DNA of 64,000 nucleotides from Gammaproteobacteria bacterium (GTDB lineage: Bacteria > Pseudomonadota > Gammaproteobacteria > G965277405). Positions 56,148 to 64,000 of the stretch are shown piece by piece. A program made the position numbers and the translations under genes. A model generated the notes under the pieces. It was not told where the DNA came from, ran no database searches, and saw only the letters and a program-made list of their open reading frames with translations. The DNA lies in NCBI GenBank assembly GCA_965277405.1, contig OZ255726.1, forward strand, positions 2,110,578 to 2,174,577. The letters are read 5' to 3'. Every line of letters begins with the position of its first letter. Position 1 is the stretch's first letter.

Positions 56148-57068
56148 TTCCGTATCATCCGTATTTACACATCCGTTTACACATTCAAAATACAAATCTG
56201 CTAGCTCTGGTTGACATTGGCAAAGTTGCAATACAACTTCATGCAACAGTTTCTCCGCATTATTAAGGATTGGAAGATACTGCATACGTTGTTGTTGATA
56301 TACCAACCGCGCCAAAGTTCCACAAACGCGAGTATGCCGGCGTAGCCTCTCAAATAAAAACAAACTGTGTGTTGCTGAGTTCAACAATACACTAGCCTGC
56401 CACTCACGATACAAGTTGTTGTGGATTGGCGTTGCGGCCTGGCGTGGGTCTTCAAATAAACTGATTCCATCATACAGATTGCTGCCAACGGCACAATCTT
56501 GAAAATCTATTACGTATAGCTTGTTATTGGAGACAATTACATTGTCACCATGAAAATCAAGATGGACAAAATAGCGCATACATGCGGCAAAATCATTATG
56601 CTGCATCCATGCACCCCACCCAGCAACAAAACTGTTTCTCCAAGCGTCATTTTGTAAAACTGCTTGGGGAAAATAACCAGTAAAGCGCAGCAGTTCTGCT
56701 TTGATGTACGGCCAAGCAACAACTGGCATGGATGCGGGTGTTGGAATACTCGCAAAATCTTGTAAAGTTAATATTGCCAAGCAGTAGTCGCTGTCATTTG
56801 AACTTGACAATGCTTTTCCGCTAACATATTCCATCAACAACATATCGCCACGTTTTGCATACACTCGTGGAGTAGTAATTCCAGCTTGCATCAACAATTG
56901 TGATGTTACAAAATACTGCGCTGCATCCGCACCTTGTAGCACCAGATATTCCTGCCCATGCACATCACGAATATAGCGAAACACTTTTTTCGCCGAAGCA
57001 TCAGCAGCAAAATCCCGTGATTCTGCAACTGCAATATGCATAAAATCTAACCATTGGGCAACGTTCAT
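56145..57068 (-). CDS. APH/ChoK-like phosphotransferase, AmgK (MurNAc/GlcNAc kinase)-like
   Basis: ADAS, VHLDFHGDN, VIDFQD...G...YD..SL.ED and RHTRVCGTLARL. Confidence 0.75.
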   Translation of the reverse strand: MNVAQWLDFMHIAVAESRDFAADASAKKVFRYIRDVHGQEYLVLQGADAAQYFVTSQLLMQAGITTPRVYAKRGDMLLMEYVSGKALSSSNDSDYCLAILTLQDFASIPTPASMPVVAWPYIKAELLRFTGYFPQAVLQNDAWRNSFVAGWGAWMQHNDFAACMRYFVHLDFHGDNVIVSNNKLYVIDFQDCAVGSNLYDGISLFEDPRQAATPIHNNLYREWQASVLLNSATHSLFLFERLRRHTRVCGTLARLVYQQQRMQYLPILNNAEKLLHEVVLQLCQCQPELADLYFECVNGCVNTDDTE

Positions 57069-58042
57069 TGACGCAACTCAAGCAATGCTCTGCGTGGGGC
57101 TGGATACCCTTCTACCGTCTTATGCTCATCAAAGGGATGCAAAAAACTATCGAGAGAATTACCAGTAATCCAAGGCGTTTTGCGTTGTTCGTTAGTTGTC
57201 GTCTGTGTCACGTCTAAAACGCGTGAAGTACTAAAACCAACTTTAAGAATCCAATTTTGCAATGCGGCAATACTCGGAATATGCCATACGTTACGCATTG
57301 CTGCATATCTATCATTTGGTGTTAATACTGTTTGATTATCGCCATCAATGACCAATGTTTCGAGGTAGGCGACGCCTGCTGTAGCCAAGCAACTGCGAAT
57401 ATCTTGCAAATGGGTGAATACGTCTCTGCGATGGGATAATACTCCTAAAGACAGCACAATATCAAAAGCATTCAACATGCAGGTTTGTAATACAAAAGGC
57501 TGTGGAATGTGACAATATGGCAGTTGCGTAAATTGATTTGCTGATATTGCCTGCCAAAAAAACAAAGCTGATGGGTCTACAACAACCACCTGCCCTGCTC
57601 CTGCGGCAATTAGCCGATGCGCATAATAGCCATTGCCACCACCAATATCTAACACAACAGCATCATCCAGCTTGGATAAATGTGGTTGCAAGCGTGCATA
57701 CTTGTGTTGACTCTGCCATTCGCTGTCAATGTAGACACCAAAATAATTCCACGGCCCTTTTCGCCACGGCATCAATGCCGATAAGTGACTATGCAGCTGT
57801 TGCAGGTTAGTCGCAGCGACAGAGGCACTGGCACGGATATCGATGGTGGCACTAGACGCATCAAGCGTGGACGAATGGGCTTGCTTGAGGTTTTTCAACC
57901 ATTGATACGCCATAATCCATTGCGCTTGACTGTTACGCTGTAGCTCAACAGTATCAATGTGCCATGTAGAAAATGTTGCTCGTGTTTGCGTCAAGCAACA
58001 AAGCAAATCGTTATGCCATGTTTGATAATCAAAAGCATTCAT
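57065..58042 (-). CDS. cmoB: tRNA 5-carboxymethoxyuridine (cmo5U34) carboxymethyltransferase
   Basis: LMPWRKGP, IDSEW.S, LDIGGGNGY, RYAAMRNVW.IPS and TVEGYPAP.RA. Confidence 0.94.
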   Translation of the reverse strand: MNAFDYQTWHNDLLCCLTQTRATFSTWHIDTVELQRNSQAQWIMAYQWLKNLKQAHSSTLDASSATIDIRASASVAATNLQQLHSHLSALMPWRKGPWNYFGVYIDSEWQSQHKYARLQPHLSKLDDAVVLDIGGGNGYYAHRLIAAGAGQVVVVDPSALFFWQAISANQFTQLPYCHIPQPFVLQTCMLNAFDIVLSLGVLSHRRDVFTHLQDIRSCLATAGVAYLETLVIDGDNQTVLTPNDRYAAMRNVWHIPSIAALQNWILKVGFSTSRVLDVTQTTTNEQRKTPWITGNSLDSFLHPFDEHKTVEGYPAPRRALLELRQ

Positions 58043-58073
58043 TGCTACTGGAAATTGGAGAAAATATCAGCGG

Positions 58074-58799
58074 CTATGTAGGCTGTGCATGCCAAAGCAC
58101 AAACTGAAGCATTTGTAGCATAATATATTGCTGACTAAATCCAGCTTGTTGCAACCTGTGTTGGTGTTCTTGCTTTGACTCAGGATACAGTACATTCGCT
58201 AATGCTTGGTGCTTTTGCGCAATCTCCAGGGTGCTATAACCATTGAGTTGCTTAAATTTTTCATACAAAGCTTGCACCTTAGCACTCGACTTGGTTTTTT
58301 CTGCCAGCAATAGATGACCATTTTTGCTACGCAACGCGCGATAAATTGCCTGTATTAACGCATCCCGTTGGTCAATAGGCAAAAATTGCAAGGTATAGCC
58401 AAGAATAATACAATCAGCATCCTTAAAATCCAACGATTGCATGTCAGCATGTATCAACTCAATGTGTTGTGCATACTGATACTGATGACCGCGCAAGCGC
58501 TGTTCCAAGCGTTGCAGCATCGCCGCAGCAGCATCAACGCTATGTATCTGCACACCGCGCTCCCCTGCTGCTGCGAGCACCTGCAAAGTTGCGCTACCAA
58601 GTGAACACCCTAAATCGTAGACAATCGCGTTATCAGGAAGCTGCGAGGCTACCATATGAACACACTTGAGGAACTCAGCATAACTAGGCACAGAGCGTTG
58701 CATCATATCGTCAAACACCGCAACAACGTGCTCATCAAAGCAAAACGCATCGACCAGGTCCATTGGAGCTGCGTATATCGTGTCCTTAGTTTTACTCAT
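58074..58799 (-). CDS. cmoA: Carboxy-S-adenosyl-L-methionine synthase
   Basis: F.FDE.V..VFDDM.QRSVP.Y, YDLGCSLG, TLQFL and NGYS.LEIAQK..AL.NV. Confidence 0.94.
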   Translation of the reverse strand: MSKTKDTIYAAPMDLVDAFCFDEHVVAVFDDMMQRSVPSYAEFLKCVHMVASQLPDNAIVYDLGCSLGSATLQVLAAAGERGVQIHSVDAAAAMLQRLEQRLRGHQYQYAQHIELIHADMQSLDFKDADCIILGYTLQFLPIDQRDALIQAIYRALRSKNGHLLLAEKTKSSAKVQALYEKFKQLNGYSTLEIAQKHQALANVLYPESKQEHQHRLQQAGFSQQYIMLQMLQFVLWHAQPT

Positions 58800-59629
58800 T
58801 TATTTTCATTACCCAGCTGTATTGATCTTTGTGTCGCCTTCGCCAGTGCTGTGTGGATTATAGCAAAGGCATCATCTTGCTTAAGCTGCTTGATGCCAGC
58901 TTCAGTAGTGCCGTTTGGCGAAACGACCTGCTGTAACAATGCTTGGCAGGTCAGTTCATTATCGAACAAGGTAGTTCCAGCACCTTTAAATGTCATGGCA
59001 ATCATTTGCTGTGCTTGTGCAGCGTTAAATCCATGCGCTAGCGCAAAATCTATAAATGGTTGCATCAGCGCATAGCAAAATCCAGCGCCACTGCCACACA
59101 ATGCGGTCAATGCATGGAGCTGCTGCTCATCAGCAACAGCTAACACGACACCAAGTTGCTGAAACATATTAGTAATGACTTGATGGCTTTCTCGCTGTGT
59201 TGCGATAGCATTGCTAACCATGCCAATGACTCCTTGGTGAATTGCTACAGTCATGTTTGGCATTAACCGATAGACAGCACATGGTCTGGCTATTGCTTTC
59301 TCAAGTTGGGCGATGCTGATTCCTGCAGCAATACTAACGACGATGTGTTCATCGCTGAGTACTGGTCGTAATGATGTAATTACAGGAATAACCATATGCG
59401 GCTTCACTCCAATGCATATCAGCTTACATTGGCGTACAGCAGCATGATTATCTGATGATACATGCACACCGCGGCGCTGTAAATCTGCCAACTCTGCAAC
59501 ATTACGCCGCGTCGCAATAATAGATTCTGCGGCTATACCTGCTTTTATCCAGCCGAGAATCATGGCGCGCAGCATATTGCCTGTGCCAATACAGCCTATA
59601 TTGAATGGGTTGCTAATTTTTATACACAT
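58796..59629 (-). CDS. proC: Pyrroline-5-carboxylate reductase
   Basis: IGTGNM, VKP, SIAAG, RLMPN, TALCGSG and VVSPNGTT. Confidence 0.95.
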   Translation of the reverse strand: MCIKISNPFNIGCIGTGNMLRAMILGWIKAGIAAESIIATRRNVAELADLQRRGVHVSSDNHAAVRQCKLICIGVKPHMVIPVITSLRPVLSDEHIVVSIAAGISIAQLEKAIARPCAVYRLMPNMTVAIHQGVIGMVSNAIATQRESHQVITNMFQQLGVVLAVADEQQLHALTALCGSGAGFCYALMQPFIDFALAHGFNAAQAQQMIAMTFKGAGTTLFDNELTCQALLQQVVSPNGTTEAGIKQLKQDDAFAIIHTALAKATQRSIQLGNENK

Positions 59630-59641
59630 TCTCAGTATTGG

Positions 59642-60301
59642 CTAGCAGTATTTGGGAGTACGTGGACTAAATACTGCCGTCCCTAGGCGCACCATCGTTG
59701 CCCCATGTTGCAGTGCAAGTTGAAAATCACTACTCATCCCCATTGATAATGTATCGCATTGTGGATATTGCTGCTGTAAATCTGCAAACAATTGCTGGGT
59801 GGCAGGGAAGGCAAACTGTTGATTATCTTGTTGTGGAATCACCATTATCCCACGCAGTTTAATGTTACTCCATTGATGCGCCGCTGCAAAAATAAGCTGT
59901 GCTTGCTGCACCGTGCAACCGCTTTTATGCGGATCATTGTCGATGTTCACCTGCAACAATACCTGCAATAACTGCCGCCCTTGCCGTGCTCCATTAAGCA
60001 TCCGCAAATGTTTTTCACTGGCGGCACTTTGTACCCAATCACAATGCTGCGCAAGTTGTTTACATTTATTGCTTTGTACTGTTCCAATAAAATGCCATGT
60101 GATTGGCAACTTGGTAAGTTGCCGTTGTTTATCAAGTAATTCGGACAAATAATTTTCACCAAAATCTACCACACCCTGCCCTTGCAATGCAGCAATTGCA
60201 GCAACGGATTGCTGTTTACTGGCTGCAACCACTGTGACTTCTGGCGGGACTGCGTTGACAATTTTATGGCAACTGTCAAGATTGATATTATGATGGTTCA
60301 T
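59642..60301 (-). CDS. yggS: Pyridoxal phosphate homeostasis protein
   Basis: VAASK, FGENY, WHFIG..QSNK, K.G, LSMGMS.D and GATMVRLGT. Confidence 0.95.
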   Translation of the reverse strand: MNHHNINLDSCHKIVNAVPPEVTVVAASKQQSVAAIAALQGQGVVDFGENYLSELLDKQRQLTKLPITWHFIGTVQSNKCKQLAQHCDWVQSAASEKHLRMLNGARQGRQLLQVLLQVNIDNDPHKSGCTVQQAQLIFAAAHQWSNIKLRGIMVIPQQDNQQFAFPATQQLFADLQQQYPQCDTLSMGMSSDFQLALQHGATMVRLGTAVFSPRTPKYC

Positions 60302-60370
60302 ACACATACTTATTCTCCCAAGACCCTAGTTGATAGCATATTGCGAGGAGATATACAACACAGTTTTCCC

Positions 60371-61168
60371 GTGCAACAATCACTGCGCATTATTATCGAT
60401 GCAGGTAAGATTGTGCATGCATTGTTTCAGCGTCGTGAGCAATTGGAAATATCGTATAAAAGTGATGAAACATTGCTAACCCAAGCCGACATTGCCTCGC
60501 ATAATGCCATCTGCGCTAACTTACGGAAACTCTGCCCGCAGCTGCCAATCATCTCAGAAGAATCACCACTGCCGTCACCTCGCGAATCACTGTTATGGAT
60601 GCTTGATCCGCTCGATGGCACCAAGCATTTTGTCTCAGGAAATGGAGATTATTCCATCAATCTTGCTTTAATTGTCAACGACCAACCCGTATTTGCTATC
60701 GTCCATGGACCTGAACAAGGGTTGACCTATATCGCAATACAAGGTCATGGCAGTTATCGTGTGGACAATGCAGGTATATATCACCGGCTATATTGCAACA
60801 CTGCAGCTATTACCCAGCCGCGGATATTAATTTCTCATGGCATACTAGGTCATAGGTTGCTCAACTTCGTACAGCATTTTCCTGATTATAGCTTCCAGCG
60901 TCTTGGTGGTGGTCTTAAAATGTGCTTTATTGCAGATAATCGTGGCGATATATATCCGCGTTTTGGCAAAACCTGTGAATGGGATACCGCTGCGCCACAA
61001 CTGATTTTAACCGAATCAGGTGGCAATATTCACACGCATGCCAACACACCGCTTACATATAATAAAATTGAAATGACAAACCCAGAATTTATCGCGTATT
61101 CGCCATCGATTATTCTTCCGCAACCTTGGTACATGCATGAAGGCAATACTGCTACTCCTGCCACATAG
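60371..61168 (+). CDS. cysQ: 3'(2'),5'-bisphosphate nucleotidase
   Basis: KSD...TQAD, IISEE, LDPLDGTK, YPRFG.T.EWDTAA; start is uncertain (GTG 60371 or ATG 60290). Confidence 0.9.
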   Translation: MQQSLRIIIDAGKIVHALFQRREQLEISYKSDETLLTQADIASHNAICANLRKLCPQLPIISEESPLPSPRESLLWMLDPLDGTKHFVSGNGDYSINLALIVNDQPVFAIVHGPEQGLTYIAIQGHGSYRVDNAGIYHRLYCNTAAITQPRILISHGILGHRLLNFVQHFPDYSFQRLGGGLKMCFIADNRGDIYPRFGKTCEWDTAAPQLILTESGGNIHTHANTPLTYNKIEMTNPEFIAYSPSIILPQPWYMHEGNTATPAT

Positions 61169-62678
61169 CCTGCGTTTGCTGCATATTGCGGCAAAATATC
61201 GCCTCGACAACAACCTGCGCAACTTACGATTGCCGCTGCTCGTCCGCTGCATGATATTTAGTGGCGTGTGGCGCCTATTATTTGCACCGATTGGTCAACT
61301 CCTGCAGCGTAACAACTCTCAAGCAAAAAACCTGCGTTTAGCATTAGAGACAAGTGGACCTGTGTTTGTTAAATTTGGGCAATTGCTTTCAACTCGGCCT
61401 GATTTATTTAGCGATGCAACCATCAAAGAGTTGAGTATTTTACAAGATGCAGCAACACCAGTACGCTATGAGCAGATGTTTGAGATTATCAAACAACAAC
61501 TACCTGATGCAGATACAATTTTTACAGAAATAGATAAAGATCCATTGGGCAGTGCTTCAGTTGCCCAAGTCCACGCGGCAAAACTAATGAATGGCGATGC
61601 AGTAATCATCAAGGTGATTCGCCCAGGTATTCGCAAAAAAATTAGCAAGGACATCAACTTGCTCAGCGCTATTGCTAAGTTGATTCAGACTTTTTTTGAT
61701 GTAGAGAATAAATTACGCTTGCAAGAAATCGTCGCTGACTACACAAAAATACTCAACAACGAAACCAACATGTTGGTAGAAGCGAGTAACTGCGCACAGA
61801 TTCAGCGCAATTTTGCTAATTCTAAAATGCTGTATACACCCAATGTATATTGGGCTTATACAACACCAAGCGTGCTTACCCAAGAGCGAATTTTTGGCGT
61901 AAAACCTACAGACCTTGATGAACTAGAGGCCCGCGGAGTCAATCGTGAAGTGCTGGCAAAGCGCGGCGTTGAGATATTTTTACACCAAGTATTTGATCAC
62001 GCCTTTTTTCATGCTGATGTGCATCCTGGCAACATTATGATTATATGCGAAGATCCAGAGAACCCAGTATACGCTAGTGTAGATTTTGGCATTGTTGGTA
62101 TGTTGGATGATAAAGACCGCTTTTACCTTGCTCATATTTTTTTAGCATTCTTCAAACATGATTTTCGCAAAATTGCGCAAATTCATCTTGACTTAGGTTG
62201 GGTAGAGCCCGTCTCGCAAGCAGAACTTGCGCATGCTTTTCAAGCTAATTGCGAAATGTTTTTTCATCTTCCTAGTAGCGAGCTTTCGTTTGCCAATGTA
62301 TTACAAAATCTACTCAACACAGCACGTCAATATAAAATGACGCTACAACCACAACTGGTGTTACTCAAAAAAACAATCTTCTATGTTGAAGGTTTAGGAC
62401 GCACGTTGTATCCACAACTTGACTTATGGCAGACAATGATGCCGTTTTTACAACGTTGGACACGACAACAGTTGTACCCAACCCAGATGCTGCAACGCGC
62501 ACAATATCGGTTACCAACCGTCTTGAATGCAATACAGAATAGTCTTGAAAACAACATGAAACCAGACAGCAATTTTGAACTACGGTTGCAAAACATAGAG
62601 CGCAGCAATAACGGCTTACAAATAATTCTCGCAGTGCTCACCACAGCAGCAGTTGTCATTGCATGGTATACCGTATGA
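61137..62678 (+). CDS. ubiB: Ubiquinone biosynthesis regulatory kinase
   Basis: GPVFVKFGQLLSTRPD, SASVAQVH, KVIRP, FFHADVHPGN, DFGIVG and QPQLVLL.KT. Confidence 0.94.
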   Translation: MKAILLLLPHSLRLLHIAAKYRLDNNLRNLRLPLLVRCMIFSGVWRLLFAPIGQLLQRNNSQAKNLRLALETSGPVFVKFGQLLSTRPDLFSDATIKELSILQDAATPVRYEQMFEIIKQQLPDADTIFTEIDKDPLGSASVAQVHAAKLMNGDAVIIKVIRPGIRKKISKDINLLSAIAKLIQTFFDVENKLRLQEIVADYTKILNNETNMLVEASNCAQIQRNFANSKMLYTPNVYWAYTTPSVLTQERIFGVKPTDLDELEARGVNREVLAKRGVEIFLHQVFDHAFFHADVHPGNIMIICEDPENPVYASVDFGIVGMLDDKDRFYLAHIFLAFFKHDFRKIAQIHLDLGWVEPVSQAELAHAFQANCEMFFHLPSSELSFANVLQNLLNTARQYKMTLQPQLVLLKKTIFYVEGLGRTLYPQLDLWQTMMPFLQRWTRQQLYPTQMLQRAQYRLPTVLNAIQNSLENNMKPDSNFELRLQNIERSNNGLQIILAVLTTAAVVIAWYTV

Positions 62679-63700
62679 AAACGAAAGTAGCGGTACTTGG
62701 TAGCGGAAATTTTGGCATTGTCCTTGCAGATATTCTTGCCAGTAATGGCAATGAAGTTGCATTGTGGGGGCGCAATCACGAGTTATTACAAACTATTGCG
62801 GCAACCCGCAACCACCCTGCCTACCCAGCAACATTTGTTATTAATGAAAATATTTACACCTGCGCGACAATAAATGCGGCAATCAGCAACGCCTCAATCA
62901 TAGTATTAGCAATCCCAAGCGGTGCAGTGAATGAGGTGCTCGCGCAACTCCACGATGCGCTAACTCCACAGCAACAACTTGTAAGTACCACCAAAGGATT
63001 GCTTAATAATCAAGTGTTGTTACCAAGCGAAGTTATCCGCCAATTTCTTATTCGGCAGAACCTGCCTGCTGATAACTATGCAGTGTTAGCTGGACCAAAT
63101 ATTGCCAGAGAAATCGCAGATAAAACAATATCTGCTGCAGTGATTGCCACACGCAATAAAAAACTGTATGCCAGCGTATCTCAAGCCTTTACCACTAGGT
63201 ATTTTCGTATTTATTCAAACCCGGATGTATTTGGTGTTGAGCTGGCAGGTGTTTCGAAGAATATATACGCGATTGCCGCAGGCTTAGCTGATGCCCGCGG
63301 GATGGGCTTAAATACCAAAGCCATGCTGATTACCAGAAGTATTGCAGAAATGGGTCGATTTTCGCATCACCTTGGAGCAAACCCTATGACGATGATGGGG
63401 CTTGCCGGCATTGGGGATTTGACCGTGACGTGTACGTCACCACATAGCAGAAATTATTCGTTTGGATACGCGCTGGGCAGTGGTGTCGATAGTATTGCAG
63501 CACAAGACAATGCCAATGGCGTGGTTGAAGGAGTGAAAACGGTGAAAATTATTTATGACCACGCCAACGAATCAGCTATTGACATGCCGATTCTCAGCAG
63601 CCTACATGATATTTTGTATAAACAAACAAACCTTGTGCGCACTTTCCGGCAATTAATGAACAAGCTCGGCGGCACAGATGTGGATTTTTCGTTGTCGTAG
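62675..63700 (+). CDS. gpsA: NAD(P)H-dependent glycerol-3-phosphate dehydrogenase
   Basis: LGSGNFG, TKG, GPNIA.E, GVE..G..KN and GLAGIGDL..TC.S..SRN. Confidence 0.96.
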   Translation: MKTKVAVLGSGNFGIVLADILASNGNEVALWGRNHELLQTIAATRNHPAYPATFVINENIYTCATINAAISNASIIVLAIPSGAVNEVLAQLHDALTPQQQLVSTTKGLLNNQVLLPSEVIRQFLIRQNLPADNYAVLAGPNIAREIADKTISAAVIATRNKKLYASVSQAFTTRYFRIYSNPDVFGVELAGVSKNIYAIAAGLADARGMGLNTKAMLITRSIAEMGRFSHHLGANPMTMMGLAGIGDLTVTCTSPHSRNYSFGYALGSGVDSIAAQDNANGVVEGVKTVKIIYDHANESAIDMPILSSLHDILYKQTNLVRTFRQLMNKLGGTDVDFSLS

Positions 63701-63745
63701 TTTAATTATGGTTTTTTTGCATGTAAAATAGCCCCCCCTAATCAG

Positions 63746-64000
63746 CTAATCTTGATGATAGCTAATTGCTAATATAAATTTCGTCAAGGTGTCATCATGA
63801 CTGTCTGCATAGTCAGTATTGTCATCTGCTATAAAATCACCTGCTGCAAACAAATCCTTCACTGTTATTCTCCAATGACCTTGTATGCTTTCACCAAGAA
63901 ATGCATGCACAGCTATGCGGAGTTGATAACCTAGGTTAGCTTGAGTGTGTCCATTTCCTGCAGGATACGCCGGATACGATGTTCCTGCAGGCGATGTTAA
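63746..64000 (-). CDS. C-terminal fragment with a proprotein-convertase P-domain (probable S8 protease); the gene starts beyond the window
   Basis: Manual translation gives LTSPAGT...HAFLGESIQGHWRITVKD...LTKFILAISYHQD*, matching the P-domain pattern L.SP.GT...F.GE...G.W.L.V.D. Confidence 0.72.
   Translation of the reverse strand, partial: LTSPAGTSYPAYPAGNGHTQANLGYQLRIAVHAFLGESIQGHWRITVKDLFAAGDFIADDNTDYADSHDDTLTKFILAISYHQD

Overview
Bacterial chromosomal window. The sequence is moderately AT-rich and the gene content looks gammaproteobacterial. Proteins are strongly diverged, gene packing is very tight and several pseudogenes are present, which suggests a streamlined, possibly host-associated lineage (inference). 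Core content: prpB-prpC-prpD-nadX; a BHMT-type homocysteine methyltransferase; YnjCD-like ABC genes; ubiH-like, pilV/pilW, hemL, potD/potF-like and phaR; a TRAP operon; sdhCDAB-(lipoprotein)-sucAB-lpdA-sucCD; tal, gnnA-like, tyrS, eno and a SURF1/CtaA-like block; hns, tsaD, proA-nadD-rsfS-mrdA-rodA-mltB-dacA; amgK-like, cmoAB, proC, yggS, cysQ, ubiB, gpsA; and the C-terminal P-domain of a probable subtilisin/proprotein-convertase-like protease. Mobile DNA: one intact IS1595-family element with 8-bp target duplications splitting an EamA gene, plus IS5 and IS1595 remnants. The most notable non-genic signal is a 47-bp palindromic element with IS5-like ends. It occurs about eleven times (whole or half copies), often abuts YTAR tetramers or stop codons, and sits at junctions between unrelated gene blocks. 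Other signals: a 57-bp tandem array built from the amgK 3' end and capped by an inverted copy, many short tandem duplications, divergent genes sharing a CATG start palindrome, and a CtaA-like protein that appears to have lost its heme-ligand histidines. No rRNA, tRNA or CRISPR array was recognised. All calls were made by eye without database searches.
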